A stretch of DNA of 64,000 nt. Source: Limisphaerales bacterium (GTDB taxonomy: Bacteria; Verrucomicrobiota; Verrucomicrobiia; Limisphaerales; JAJOIW01). The notes under the pieces are model-generated. The model was not told the DNA's origin and made no database searches. It saw nothing but the letters and a program-made list of their open reading frames with translations. A program made the translations under genes and the position numbers. The stretch spans positions 128,001 to 192,000 of the forward strand of contig CBFHOE010000009.1 of the NCBI GenBank assembly GCA_965657355.1, given 5' to 3'. Of this stretch, positions 1-10,708 are shown piece by piece; within the stretch, counting starts at the first letter, position 1; every line of letters begins with the position of its first letter.

Positions 1-460
1 TGAAACGTCTGAGGGAAATGACACCATTTTCCGAATTGAAGTGAATTTTTCTACCAAAATTTCCACCCACATCTATTGCTAAAATATCGATACCAGCCTC
101 CCGCAATTCACTCACAGCTAGAACCGCATTCCTCCAACCAATATTTAAAATGGACTCCCTGTCTTGTCCTACCTCCTTTCCGCCAAAAACTTTTGCAATT
201 AGGTTATGTTTTCGAGAGCCCACTTTTTCCATTTCTTGGATTAACTTTGAAATGGCTATATTTCCAAAGCGAGGAGAGGGTAAACCACTACCATCCCAAA
301 TGGGAAGAACGTAGTGATTCATCCCAGCGTGTTTTAAGTGTTTATCCCATAGACAAACAGCGATACACGTACCGAGAACAGTACTTATGACAGAGGGTTC
401 AGTTGCAATGAAAATCGCACCAGAATGGACGAATTGCGGCGCTGTAAAAGATGTGTCCAT
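1..460 (-). CDS. cheD: Chemoreceptor glutamine deamidase CheD (3' end runs off the window)
   Basis: Hand translation from ATG at 460: MDTSFTAPQFVHSGAIFIATEPSVISTVLGTCIAVCLWDKHLKHAGMNHYVLP...RFGNIAI...IAKVFGG...NIGWRN...DVGGNFGRKIHF. CheD motifs are present and the gene follows cheB. It is absent from the ORF track because there is no stop in the window. Confidence 0.93.
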   Translation of the reverse strand, partial: MDTSFTAPQFVHSGAIFIATEPSVISTVLGTCIAVCLWDKHLKHAGMNHYVLPIWDGSGLPSPRFGNIAISKLIQEMEKVGSRKHNLIAKVFGGKEVGQDRESILNIGWRNAVLAVSELREAGIDILAIDVGGNFGRKIHFNSENGVISLRRF

Positions 461-468
461 CTCTAAAC

Positions 469-940
469 TCAAATTAAGTTATCCTCTCCGAGCACGAATT
501 TTACGGTATCGCCAGGTAAGCTAAAATCAATCGCATTTAATATGAGGTGTATAGCTATGCCACATGGCATATTTCTACCCGAGACCAAAGTGGCTTCGAA
601 CCCATTATTCTCCACTACAATGCGAACCGATTTCCCTTCAAGTTTCCAATCAGATTGTTTGATGACATCATTGATTAGGTTTTCCAGATGATAACTCAAG
701 GAATGAGTTTCAAATTGCAGATGTTTACCTGTCTTTATGAAATTCTCAAAATCATCGGGTTTGGTATCTATAAGCCTGGATGTCATTACCAGCATTGAAG
801 TAACAGGGTTATTAATTTCGTTCCTTACACGAGAAAGAAATTGTGTTCTCAAAGATACCAAAAGCAGATTGGGAAAAATTTGTTATTTCGACCTGTTTTT
901 TAAGAAGACTTAAATTTTTAATTCCAGATTTCTGGCTCAC
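469..940 (-). pseudogene. Decayed sensor histidine kinase-like gene (non-canonical H-box, truncated HATPase)
   Basis: ORF 469-861 has FLSRVRNEINNPVTSM (HisKA-like, Asn where His is expected) and an N-box-like LILNAIDFS, then stops before any G1/G2 box. An in-frame stop lies at 883-885 and a plausible N-terminus (GTG at 940, ...LKKQVEITN) is in another frame. Confidence 0.6.
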
Positions 941-950
941 AGGCTTTGGT

Positions 951-2099
951 TTAAATTCGACCTAGCTTAACAACTTCCGATGCTATTTTTTCCAATGGAA
1001 GAACTTGGTTTACACCCCCGAGTTTAACAGCTTCATGGGGCATACCATAGACCACACATGTATTTTCATCTTGTGCTATATTATGAGCACCTGCTTTTTT
1101 CATCTCAACCATCCCTCTAGCGCCGTCATCACCCATGCCAGTCAAAATAACGCCCACCACATTGGATCCCGCATATCTTGATGCAGAGCGAAAAAGAACA
1201 TCGACGGCGGGTCTATGGCGGTTGACCAAAGGTCCATCATTTGTTGTAACGTAATATCGAGCACCACTTCTTTTTAGAAGCATATGCTTATTACCTGGAG
1301 CTATTAAAGCCCTTCCAGGAATGACAGAGTCATTATCCACTGCTTCCTTGACTTGAATTTGGCAGCACTGATCCAAACGAGATGCAAATTGGGCTGTGAA
1401 CTTTTCAGGCATGTGCTGAACAATGCATATACCGGGCGCATTGGCGGGTAATGCTTCAAGTAAAACCCTAAGAGCTTCAGTTCCTCCGGTTGAAGCACCA
1501 ACTACAATGACTTTTTCAGTTGTTTGGATCATAGCCGATGAATTATTTGCAGACATAATGATATCGGCTGATTGTTTTTTGGGGACTGGTTCTTTCCTTT
1601 TTGAAGAAATAGGACCAATTCTACGTAGTCGATGACTCGCAGCGGCAGCAGCTTTGACCGCGTCACAAATTCTCAATGCGGATTCCTCAATAAACCCTTT
1701 CGCATTCATCTGAGGTTTAGTGATTATTTCAACTGCTCCATTTTCGAGAGCGGCAAGTGCGGTAGCTGACCCTTCCTCTGTTAAGCTTGAACAAACGACG
1801 ACTGGTATGGGCCGCTGTGCCATTAGTCTTTTCAGGAAGGTGATCCCGTCCATCTTAGGCATTTCAACATCTAAGGTGATAACATCAGGCACCTCTTTAC
1901 CGATTCTTTCGACCGCAGCAAATGGATCTTGTGCGGTTCCCATAACTTCGACCATTGAATCACTTTCCAGAACGGCTTTCATCGACTGTCTCACAGATGC
2001 AGAATCGTCGACTATAAGAACTCTTATCTTCCTCGAAAGCCGACCCCTATTTGGAATATCAGAAATGGCGCCCGACATATTTGGTTGAGGTAAGGCCAT
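951..2099 (-). CDS. cheB: Chemotaxis response regulator protein-glutamate methylesterase CheB
   Basis: Receiver domain ([18 protein letters not shown]) plus methylesterase motifs GASTGG, QHMP, HRPAVD, TGMGDDG. Confidence 0.97.
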   Translation of the reverse strand: MALPQPNMSGAISDIPNRGRLSRKIRVLIVDDSASVRQSMKAVLESDSMVEVMGTAQDPFAAVERIGKEVPDVITLDVEMPKMDGITFLKRLMAQRPIPVVVCSSLTEEGSATALAALENGAVEIITKPQMNAKGFIEESALRICDAVKAAAAASHRLRRIGPISSKRKEPVPKKQSADIIMSANNSSAMIQTTEKVIVVGASTGGTEALRVLLEALPANAPGICIVQHMPEKFTAQFASRLDQCCQIQVKEAVDNDSVIPGRALIAPGNKHMLLKRSGARYYVTTNDGPLVNRHRPAVDVLFRSASRYAGSNVVGVILTGMGDDGARGMVEMKKAGAHNIAQDENTCVVYGMPHEAVKLGGVNQVLPLEKIASEVVKLGRI

Positions 2100-2109
2100 G
2101 ATATTTATT

Positions 2110-3018
2110 TTATTTTATTTTTTGAAAGACAGCAGTTGATACCTGCTCGACAGGAACATTTAGATTAATAATTGATTCGGTATGCCCTACGAATAGAAAC
2201 CCATTGGGACGCAAATTTTGGCAGAGTTTATTGATTACTTTTTCTTTAGTCTCATTATCAAAATAGATCATCACATTCCTAAAGAAAATCACATCGAACA
2301 TGGTTTTAATTCCATAGTCCTGATTCATAAAATTTAAACGAGCGAACCTGAGTTTCTTTCTGATAGAGGGGACAAATCGAATTTCACCACTATATTTTCC
2401 TCTACCTCTTAACATATACTTTTTTTTCAGATCACTTGGCACAGGATGAATAATAGTGTTCGGATAAACACCTGCTTGAGCAGATCTCAATACCCTTGTA
2501 GAAATATCTGTAGCGAGCAAACTCCAATCAAAACTCGAATTCCTTTGTCCAAATTCCGAGAGAACCATGGCTGTTGTATAAGCCTCCTCCCCAGTGGAAC
2601 ACCCTGCGCACCAATGGCGATATTGGAATGAACTTCCTTTCGGGGAATTTGACTGTAATTTTGGAAGAACTGATCGCGATAAGTAATCAAAGTGGCGTTC
2701 TTCACGGAAGAAATCTGTTTTATTCGTTGTAACAACATCATAAAAATTGACCCTCTCTTTGTTCCCTTCTGGAGTGCTACCAAAGATCAGGTCCTGATAT
2801 TCTTTCACTCCCAGATTAAGTTTTCTTAGACGTCTATCAAGCCTGCTTTGAAGCATCCCCCTCTTATTTGCTGGCATCCTAATACCTAAATGATCGGTCA
2901 CGTAAGCTGAAAAGGATTCGAATTCTTTATCTGTTAGTCTGACAGCTGGAGGTAATTTTTTTTCTTCAATGTTCATCTGGACTCTAGTGTATCTCTTAGT
3001 ATGAAATTCATACCGCAT
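2110..3018 (-). CDS. cheR: Chemotaxis protein methyltransferase CheR (start may be ATG at 2976)
   Basis: [45 protein letters not shown] motifs. Confidence 0.96.
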   Translation of the reverse strand: MRYEFHTKRYTRVQMNIEEKKLPPAVRLTDKEFESFSAYVTDHLGIRMPANKRGMLQSRLDRRLRKLNLGVKEYQDLIFGSTPEGNKERVNFYDVVTTNKTDFFREERHFDYLSRSVLPKLQSNSPKGSSFQYRHWCAGCSTGEEAYTTAMVLSEFGQRNSSFDWSLLATDISTRVLRSAQAGVYPNTIIHPVPSDLKKKYMLRGRGKYSGEIRFVPSIRKKLRFARLNFMNQDYGIKTMFDVIFFRNVMIYFDNETKEKVINKLCQNLRPNGFLFVGHTESIINLNVPVEQVSTAVFQKIK

Positions 3019-3070
3019 GAAAAAACTCTACTTAGGTTGGGGGTATTATGCCCCCTCCTGGTATAAATGA

Positions 3071-3592
3071 TTAATGCGCCAGTTCTTTTTCGACAGGTGT
3101 AGTATCGCTAGTTTCGGCGGCCCGCGATAATTCACTCACCGAGAATACTCGATCGATATCAAGAACCATAATGAACTCATCTTCTAATCGAGCCATACCC
3201 TGAATAAGATCTGTCCTCCATCCAGATGCAATCTTTGGGGGCGGTCCAATTTTGGAAGAATCGATCTCGATGACATTATGCACCGAATCGGCTAAGCCTC
3301 CCACGACAGTAATTTCACCATCTAATTCTAACTCCATTACAAGAATCCGTGTATTGACGGTGTCCTGCTGACTTGTCATGCCAAACTTTGACCTTAGATC
3401 GACCACAGGAATGGCAACCCCTCGCACATTCACAACTCCTCGCATGTAGTGCGGTGCTGTAGGGACCCTAGTTATCTGGGTTAAGGCCAAAACCTCTCTC
3501 ACCTGAGTTACACAGGTGGCAAACATTTCACCATCTAATTTGAAAGTAATGTAATGTTTGGCATCAAAATCGTTTGTATTATTTTCATCCAT
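3071..3592 (-). CDS. cheW: Chemotaxis adaptor CheW
   Basis: YITFKL...VREVL...ITRVPTAPHYMRGVVNVRGVAIPVVDLR; operon context. Confidence 0.96.
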   Translation of the reverse strand: MDENNTNDFDAKHYITFKLDGEMFATCVTQVREVLALTQITRVPTAPHYMRGVVNVRGVAIPVVDLRSKFGMTSQQDTVNTRILVMELELDGEITVVGGLADSVHNVIEIDSSKIGPPPKIASGWRTDLIQGMARLEDEFIMVLDIDRVFSVSELSRAAETSDTTPVEKELAH

Positions 3593-3612
3593 ATTATTAT
3601 GCTTTCAAGGGT

Positions 3613-5406
3613 TTAGAACTTTTCAAATTCTTCGTCCAGTGAATCACCGCCTCCGCTAGTTTCGGACAGGGAAATGGATTGACCAGGGTTGCGAGATAAA
3701 GAATCTGAAGTAAGAGAGTAGATTCTATTTGAAGAAGGCGCTTGTGCATGCGTTCCATTAACCGAACTTTGTGCTGGTTGAGTAGCGTAGCTGGTGGAGA
3801 AGCCTACTCCGTTCCCACCGTTATCGACTTTGAAGAACCCCATTGAGGATTGAAGTTGTTGCGCTTGGCTTGAAAGTTCCTCAGCAGTGCTAGCCATTTC
3901 TTCAGATGAGCTAGCATTCTGTTGAATGACCTGATCGAGATCTTGCAATGCTTTGTTAACATGCTGAGCGCCTGATGATTGCTCACCACTAGCGACATTA
4001 ATCTCCTGAACCAGGTTTGCTGTTTTATTGATATCAGGAACAAGTTGAGTCAACATTTCACCAGCTTTCTCAGCTCTTCCAACACCATCTTTAGAGACTT
4101 GACTAATATCTGCGGCTGCAGCTGCACTGCGCTCTGCTAATTTTCTCACTTCACTAGCAACCACAGCAAAACCTTTCCCATGATCCCCCGCTCTTGCAGC
4201 TTCAACTGCTGCATTCAATGCTAATAAGTCTGTGGTTCTGGCAATCTCCTCAACAATACTGATTTTCTCCGCAATATCTTTCATTGCAATCACAGTACTC
4301 GCTACTGCCTCTCGGCTGTTCTCAGCTTTTTCGGAAGCATGCCTCGCAATTTGGTCAGTTTGTCTGGCATTGTCAGCATTTTGTTGAATGCTTGATGTCA
4401 TTTCTTCCATCGAACTGCTGCTTTCCTCTGCTGCAGCACTCTGACGGCAGGCACCTTCAGAAATCTGTTGAGCAGAATCACTCATCTGCTGAGACCCACT
4501 GGCTACATTATCAGAGGCAGAGCTTACCTCGTTGACAACTCGCTGAAGATTGGAAACCATACCATTAAAAGCTCGCACTGTATCTCCTATTTCGTCTTTT
4601 GACTTCGAGTTCACAATATTCGTGAGATCCCCGTCAGCCACTCGCTCAACCATTTCAACAGTCTCAGCCAGCGGCTTAGATACGGTTTTTCTCAAAAGAA
4701 ATACGATTAATGTGGCAATGACTATTGTTACCGGAACTATCCAACCAACCGTCTTTACCATAGCAGCGCTGCTTTCCGCGTTTATACGGTCGAGAGGTGA
4801 TTTCAGGAGAAAAGCTCCATGAATCTGACCGACCTTCCATCCTTCCATCTTGAAGCCTGCAATATCTTTTCCATCACCAGTGGGGCTAGTTTTGGGATCA
4901 CCATGGCAAGCCATGCAGTCTCTACTTAATTCAATTGGTCTGGCATAGACGATTTCATTCCGTTTACTATCAACTGCAAAATATTCTTCAACATCACCAG
5001 TTTCGAGGATATCGAGAATTTTTTCCTCATCTGCCGTTGGGTTATTTTTGGGGTTTCGGGCTTTACGTTTTGGGATACGGAATTCAAACCCCTCTTTCTT
5101 GGCACCAGCCTCAATGGCTTCCCATGCAGCCACAACAGGGATTGTTTTATACATCGTGGATCCTTTAAGGTCCCCACTTTCCTGGTATTCTTTAATAAGT
5201 CTATCCATATCAAAAGCATTGCTTCGACTAAGATCGGATATGCTGTCCCTTACATTTTCTGCCTCAATGATGGCTGTTCTCATTGTGTTCTTCGTCAAAT
5301 TGATTCCTTGTTGACGAATAACGTTTCTCTGAACCATCAGCCCGACACCAACGCACGTGACGATGGATGCGACCGTGATGATTGTAATTTTTGGTCCTAG
5401 TTTCAT
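3613..5406 (-). CDS. Methyl-accepting chemotaxis protein with periplasmic heme c (CxxCH; Tll0287/DUF3365-like) sensor domain
   Basis: Two TM segments flank a domain with ARNPKN and CMACH. A HAMP domain (SKDEIG) and MCP hairpin [34 protein letters not shown] follow. C-terminus is EFEKF. Confidence 0.93.
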   Translation of the reverse strand: MKLGPKITIITVASIVTCVGVGLMVQRNVIRQQGINLTKNTMRTAIIEAENVRDSISDLSRSNAFDMDRLIKEYQESGDLKGSTMYKTIPVVAAWEAIEAGAKKEGFEFRIPKRKARNPKNNPTADEEKILDILETGDVEEYFAVDSKRNEIVYARPIELSRDCMACHGDPKTSPTGDGKDIAGFKMEGWKVGQIHGAFLLKSPLDRINAESSAAMVKTVGWIVPVTIVIATLIVFLLRKTVSKPLAETVEMVERVADGDLTNIVNSKSKDEIGDTVRAFNGMVSNLQRVVNEVSSASDNVASGSQQMSDSAQQISEGACRQSAAAEESSSSMEEMTSSIQQNADNARQTDQIARHASEKAENSREAVASTVIAMKDIAEKISIVEEIARTTDLLALNAAVEAARAGDHGKGFAVVASEVRKLAERSAAAAADISQVSKDGVGRAEKAGEMLTQLVPDINKTANLVQEINVASGEQSSGAQHVNKALQDLDQVIQQNASSSEEMASTAEELSSQAQQLQSSMGFFKVDNGGNGVGFSTSYATQPAQSSVNGTHAQAPSSNRIYSLTSDSLSRNPGQSISLSETSGGGDSLDEEFEKF

Positions 5407-5415
5407 AGTGTTTTT

Positions 5416-7440
5416 TTAATTATTTTTTCTGTTTTGATGCTTGATTAAATTTTTTGATTTATGGGCTTCCCGAACGATTCCAGAAGGATCCAAAATTAAT
5501 GCAACGCAACCGTCGCCAAGGACCGTGCTGCCTGAGACGATTTCCAGATCTTCATAAAATCTACCCAATGGCTGGATAACGGTTTGATGGTTGCCCAACA
5601 CTCGATCCACGGTAAATCCGACACGACCACTATCAGTGTTAGTGACGACTACCGTTTCATAAGAAGGGGCGTTTCCGGGAATATTGAATAGATCACGAAG
5701 ACGAGTGAAAGGCACTAACTCACCACGAACCGCCAGTGTTCCTCGTATTTGGCATTTTTGTTTATCCTTTTCAGAAAGTTCTACGTTTTCTTTTACTGAT
5801 GACATCGGTAGGATGTAAGTTGTTTTATCAACTTCAACTAACATTCCCTCAATGATTGCCAAAGTTAGTGGTAGGGTAATAATAAATGTTGTTCCCTCTC
5901 CCTGTTTGGAATCAATTTCAATAGAACCACGAAGGCTTTCTAAAGTTCGTTTTACGACATCCATTCCAACACCACGACCGGATACGCTCGATACGGTTGA
6001 AGCGGTTGAAAAACCGGGAGCAAAAATAAATGAGAATATCTCATCGTCAGAAGGATCGGCTTCCTGCTTGATGATTCCACGGTCTATTGCTTTTTTAAGA
6101 ATCACATCTCTATCCAGTCCTCTGCCATCATCTTGAAGTAAAATTTGGACTGATCCACCAACATGAGCAGCCTTGAGCGTGATAGTTCCATGTTTGGGCT
6201 TCTCCCCCAATTCCCTTATCTCTGTGGATTCGATACCATGGTCCAGGGCATTTCTTAAAAGATGTAATAAAGGATCCGTCAAGCGATCCAATACGGTTTT
6301 ATCTAATTCGGTTTCACCACCCTCGGTAATAAAATCTATTTTTTTATCTAGCTCAGCCGACAAATCACGAACCAATCGTTTAAATCGAGTAAAGGTGGAA
6401 CCAATAGGGGTCATCCTGATACCCAATACCCCATCTCTTAGATCATCAACGAGCCGCCCCAAAGATTCTGCGACATTATCTAAATCCGGATCAGCATATT
6501 TCTCAGTAACTTGACCTAAACGAGCCCTATTAATAACTAGCTCTCCGACGAGGTTCACTAGCTTGTCTAATCTATCTGATGTGACTCTAACTGTAGATTT
6601 TTGGACTATTGACCTGTCAGCAGTTTCGAGTTTTGATGCATTTTGATTCTCATCACTAGGTATGTCCTCGTTCCTCTCATTTTCTGGAGTTTTGTCACCA
6701 GATGCAATTGTTTCTCCTTTGGGTTCCTGCTCGTTGCCATCAGTTTTTTCTTTAGAAATTTTTATAGTGGCACCAGTTTCCACAAATATGAATACGTCAC
6801 GTATGGCGTGTTCGCCAACATCTGTAGTCAGCACAATATCCCATGACATATGACACTCCTCTGGATTTAGATCATCGAATGTTGCAAGTGATTTTGTAGA
6901 GCATTTTATGGAACATTCGCCAAGAGCTCTTAATTCATCCAACAGACAAACGGGATTCATACCCGAAGTAAAAAGGTCAACGTCGGGTTCAAAATATATC
7001 TTCCAAGTTTCGATGGCCCTGGTTTTTGGTTCGGTATCCTTTTCAGATATGACTTGATCGAAGGTTTCGTTTACCTTTAATCGAGCTTTAACCCTATTAG
7101 CCATGCTCGAGACACGCTCCTCATCTGCGCTGTTATCAAGTAGTTCGGAAATGAGGTCTCTAGATTCCAGACATAAGCTTATAATTTCAGCGTCGACAGA
7201 CATCTTTCCAGCACGAATTTGATCAAGGAGAGTTTCTAGGTGATGTGTAAAGCCCGCTAGTTCTTGGAAACCGAACATCGAACCTGAGCCCTTAATGGTG
7301 TGGAAAGCTCTGAAAAGCCGGTTCACTGATTCGCTATCTGTAGGGTTGGCCTCTAGCTCCAGAAGAACCTCCTCAATCTCTTCCAGAAGCTCTTTTGCTT
7401 CAATGAGAAATTTTTCAACTATTTGTTCGTTGGCACTCAT
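5416..7440 (-). CDS. cheA: Chemotaxis histidine kinase CheA
   Basis: Hpt FRAFHTIKG, dimerisation LDKLVNLVGELVI, HATPase HLLRNALDHGIE / DDGRG / SGRGVGMDVV, C-terminal CheW-like domain. Confidence 0.97.
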   Translation of the reverse strand: MSANEQIVEKFLIEAKELLEEIEEVLLELEANPTDSESVNRLFRAFHTIKGSGSMFGFQELAGFTHHLETLLDQIRAGKMSVDAEIISLCLESRDLISELLDNSADEERVSSMANRVKARLKVNETFDQVISEKDTEPKTRAIETWKIYFEPDVDLFTSGMNPVCLLDELRALGECSIKCSTKSLATFDDLNPEECHMSWDIVLTTDVGEHAIRDVFIFVETGATIKISKEKTDGNEQEPKGETIASGDKTPENERNEDIPSDENQNASKLETADRSIVQKSTVRVTSDRLDKLVNLVGELVINRARLGQVTEKYADPDLDNVAESLGRLVDDLRDGVLGIRMTPIGSTFTRFKRLVRDLSAELDKKIDFITEGGETELDKTVLDRLTDPLLHLLRNALDHGIESTEIRELGEKPKHGTITLKAAHVGGSVQILLQDDGRGLDRDVILKKAIDRGIIKQEADPSDDEIFSFIFAPGFSTASTVSSVSGRGVGMDVVKRTLESLRGSIEIDSKQGEGTTFIITLPLTLAIIEGMLVEVDKTTYILPMSSVKENVELSEKDKQKCQIRGTLAVRGELVPFTRLRDLFNIPGNAPSYETVVVTNTDSGRVGFTVDRVLGNHQTVIQPLGRFYEDLEIVSGSTVLGDGCVALILDPSGIVREAHKSKNLIKHQNRKNN

Positions 7441-7465
7441 TATATCAGAAAATAATCATGCTCGC

Positions 7466-7831
7466 TTACGCCAAGACCCTTTGAATAACTTTCAACAACT
7501 GTTCCTGACGAAATGGCTTTACAATCCAACCCGTTGCGCCAGCCTCTTTACCCTCCAATTTCGTCGAGGCTATGGATTCAGTAGTCAGCATAATGATTGG
7601 AATGAATTTGTGAGACTCCAGAGCTCTTACTTGACGACATAATTCTAATCCATTCATTCGTGGCATATTCAAATCAGAGATCATCATGTCGATGGTGTTA
7701 TTGTTTAATTTTTCGAGTGCATCAACACCATCCTCAGCCTCCTCGACATCGTAACCAACGGATTCCAATGTCATACGTACCATGGCACGTATGCTGGACG
7801 AGTCATCTACAGTCATGATTTTTTTACTCAT
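7466..7831 (-). CDS. cheY: Single-domain response regulator CheY
   Basis: IMTVDDS, SDLNMPRMNG, MLTTES, GWIVKPF; immediately upstream of cheA. Confidence 0.93.
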   Translation of the reverse strand: MSKKIMTVDDSSSIRAMVRMTLESVGYDVEEAEDGVDALEKLNNNTIDMMISDLNMPRMNGLELCRQVRALESHKFIPIIMLTTESIASTKLEGKEAGATGWIVKPFRQEQLLKVIQRVLA

Positions 7832-7858
7832 ATTAAAAACCTTTTATTTGTTATCTAT

Positions 7859-8164
7859 TCATTTTAAAAACTCATCTTCAGAAACACCGAGACATTTGGC
7901 CATTTCGATGACGGGGGAGCTTGGGTTTACTATTTCTAAATCGAAAGAATTGGCGTTGGCTGATTGTCTGGCTAAGCACAAAAATTGTATTCCAGCGGCA
8001 TCACTTTTTTCGACACCTGCGAGATTGATGCAAACACGGCCCTTTTGGATTATTAGCTTATTAAATGCATCACCAATTTCCTTACAGCTACTTATATTTA
8101 GAGCCCCCTGAATGTTTAATGTCTGTGTAGATGTCTCCATTGTCCCCTCGTTTTTGCTAGTCAA
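7859..8164 (-). CDS. STAS domain protein of chemosensory cluster
   Basis: About 100 aa, LNIQGALNI...INLAGVEKSDAAGIQFL matches the STAS_2 pattern; lies before cheY. Confidence 0.8.
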   Translation of the reverse strand: MTSKNEGTMETSTQTLNIQGALNISSCKEIGDAFNKLIIQKGRVCINLAGVEKSDAAGIQFLCLARQSANANSFDLEIVNPSSPVIEMAKCLGVSEDEFLK

Positions 8165-10071
8165 AAAAAAATATCTTCTAAATCGTCAAGTTCCTCTTCT
8201 TGGTCGGTGGTATTCTGATTTAGGTTTTTTTCAGTCTGCTCTTCAGAATCACCATCTGAAATTCGAAGTGTGGCTTTGTGTTTCCCCGAATGCTTGCCTT
8301 GGGTTACCTCATGACATATCTCCCTCTCAGAATCCATCGTGTAATGCTCAGAATTAAGAAATCCATTACCTTCACTATTATATATATTTGAGGTATTTAA
8401 TTGAGATATGTGAGATTGCACCTGCTCAGAAAATGCGCTAAGAGCTACGTGATGTATCTCAAGCGATTGGGCCATTTCACGCAAATTTTTGAGAACTTGG
8501 TTGTTCTCGTAAATTTCAGTGCGCAATTGGTTCGCACGAATGTTTGAATCAAGGCGTGTTTTATCTAACTGCTTGCGGAGATTGACAAGTTTGGTAATGG
8601 ACTCACGAATACGGATTTCGTCTTTTTGGGTGAACCCAGCAATCTCGTTTTCATCCATGCTTATCAGCCCTCTGGCTTTTTCTTCAGCCTTTTGAAATGA
8701 TTCATCAAGATCTTTGATAACCTTTTCGGCCATGGCTTGAAATCCGCAGATTTCATCGGACAAGGTTCTGAAAACCAGCCCTTCTGTTCCAAATTTTGTT
8801 GCTTTGATCGTGGTATTTTTAGCAAGAAGCCAAAGCCTACCGTTGACTGTCCAAATGTCTTTTCTGTGACGAGACATGGATTGGATAGTATTAATGCTAT
8901 ACGAAAGTGAGTGATCAATAGCACCGGTAGCCTCCATTGTGGATGTTATGGCTGATGCTAGGTGCTGTAGATCCACCGTGACCTTATCAAATAGATTCTT
9001 AATATTATTTGATTCTGAGGATTCCTTTTCATCGACAGTCTCGATCAGGCTATTGACAATGAACTCCATCCTATCCACCGCTTCAGATGTCTCATTGACT
9101 AATGAACTTAATTGGCCGCATTGCACGTGGATAGCCTCACTGATACCAGTCAGCTCATTAGCGTCTAAGTTTTCAGTTTTAAAAAACTCAACAATCTTAT
9201 GAAAAACTTCTAGTATATGTTCACTTTTTTGCCGGACAATATCCCCAAATTGAAGATAATAAACTCCTTCTGAAGCGAGCTTCGAAATTTTCTGGCCCTG
9301 GGATTCTCCATCAGAAACCATGACCGAAACACAATCAGTGAGTTCTCTAACGTAACCAGGTAATAACTCCACGCCTTGGCCTACTGATGTATTGGTAGAA
9401 CACAAAGAATCTGCGATCGACTCGAGTTCCTTACTTTCATTTAAAAGTCCACTATTAACTTTGAAGGAATCCTCTTGTATGGTTCTTAACCTTGTTAATA
9501 TTTGATTAACAACATCTTCCACCTGGTTCGGAAATCTATCGAATACCATGTTTGCCTTGGTGGACCCAGCACACTCTATTTTCATCCCAACGGCACACGT
9601 TCTTAAAACATCCAAATCAGAAATTGTTTTTTCGCAAGTCTTCATGACTTGAGTCATTTCACACCTCAATTCATTGAGAGTTACCAAACCGTTTTCGACT
9701 TGCTCCGCACTAGTAGAATATTGCTGATTAATTTGCAGAATCTGGGTATTTAATCTATTTCTAAAGTCCTCATTAAATGCCTCGAGCAAAGAACAATAAG
9801 CAGAGCTCATTTCCTTTCCATATTGACTAGTGTCATTGATGAGCCCACCAAACCAGCGACATGTATTTACAAATCGTTCTTCCAATAAATTAACGCTTGA
9901 GTCAAAATCTGATGAAATTTTCTGAAGTTCATTTAATAAAGATTGAGCTATGTCAGAAGTATTTTCTCTGTTTCCACTACCCTCAAGACGTGGCCCACAT
10001 TCTTCTTCATGAAAATTTGAATTTGTTAGCAACATGCTTAGTTTTGAATTGATTGCGCAGGCCTTGTACAA
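8161..10071 (-). CDS. Divergent soluble MCP-like coiled-coil chemotaxis protein
   Basis: No TM segments. Contains LQFGDIVRQKSEH, a degenerate hairpin tip LLAKNTTIKATKFGTEGLVFRTLSDEI, YTMDSERE and an acidic tail ending EDIFF. First gene of the che operon; exact start uncertain. Confidence 0.7.
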   Translation of the reverse strand: MYKACAINSKLSMLLTNSNFHEEECGPRLEGSGNRENTSDIAQSLLNELQKISSDFDSSVNLLEERFVNTCRWFGGLINDTSQYGKEMSSAYCSLLEAFNEDFRNRLNTQILQINQQYSTSAEQVENGLVTLNELRCEMTQVMKTCEKTISDLDVLRTCAVGMKIECAGSTKANMVFDRFPNQVEDVVNQILTRLRTIQEDSFKVNSGLLNESKELESIADSLCSTNTSVGQGVELLPGYVRELTDCVSVMVSDGESQGQKISKLASEGVYYLQFGDIVRQKSEHILEVFHKIVEFFKTENLDANELTGISEAIHVQCGQLSSLVNETSEAVDRMEFIVNSLIETVDEKESSESNNIKNLFDKVTVDLQHLASAITSTMEATGAIDHSLSYSINTIQSMSRHRKDIWTVNGRLWLLAKNTTIKATKFGTEGLVFRTLSDEICGFQAMAEKVIKDLDESFQKAEEKARGLISMDENEIAGFTQKDEIRIRESITKLVNLRKQLDKTRLDSNIRANQLRTEIYENNQVLKNLREMAQSLEIHHVALSAFSEQVQSHISQLNTSNIYNSEGNGFLNSEHYTMDSEREICHEVTQGKHSGKHKATLRISDGDSEEQTEKNLNQNTTDQEEELDDLEDIFF

Positions 10072-10708
10072 GATCTAGGCAAAAATCACATGATATAAAA
10101 TTATAAAGCTTTTTAGTCAGAGCTTGATAAGAACTTTGGATGTCAGCTCAAACAAGCCACCATAAAGATGAGGCACTGATGTGCCTAGGATCTCAAATTT
10201 TCCCACCACTGGATCATCTGAATACAATTCACCCGTGATCATAAACTGGTTGACTGTGCCTCCTCTCACAGAGATACATTATATTTAGCGGCATATATTT
10301 CAGTTACTTAATATAATCGAAAAAACCCTCATGATTTATATTCTTTGCAGTCTCCAGCAATAAGGCGTATACCGAAGCGCTAGCATGTAATACAGCAAAA
10401 TTATCTTAGGCGAGGAAGCATGCGCAAAATCATGACAAAATGGGTCAGGGATATATTTTGGATACCTTTCACTGAAAAAGTGAACGTAAAAAAGAGAATT
10501 ATTCTTACTCAAAAAAATGGGCTATGATATAAAACAACTCAGAGGTTGAAAACAAAATATGGCTGCCCTTAATGCATTATACGTTCCGAGAAAAATTTGT
10601 ATCAATTTACAGGTTCGAGAGAGTTTCGCATACAAAGATGAATCGATAAAAAATCGAGGATACCAACTAATCTGAATCAAAAACTTTGATTCCCACAAAA
10701 GTTCTCGC

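Noticed and set aside
76..390. + strand 104-aa ORF
   Set aside because: Antisense shadow of cheD; no recognisable motifs.
10311..10340. Possible sigma-28 promoter (TAAA...TTCGATTA on the minus strand) for the che operon
   Set aside because: Spacer is 13 nt rather than about 15, and the -10 match to GCCGATAA is poor.
10390..10450. GCAAAA...GCGCAAAA resembling a c-di-GMP-I riboswitch
   Set aside because: No supporting paired stems or GNRA/receptor, and it faces away from the che operon.
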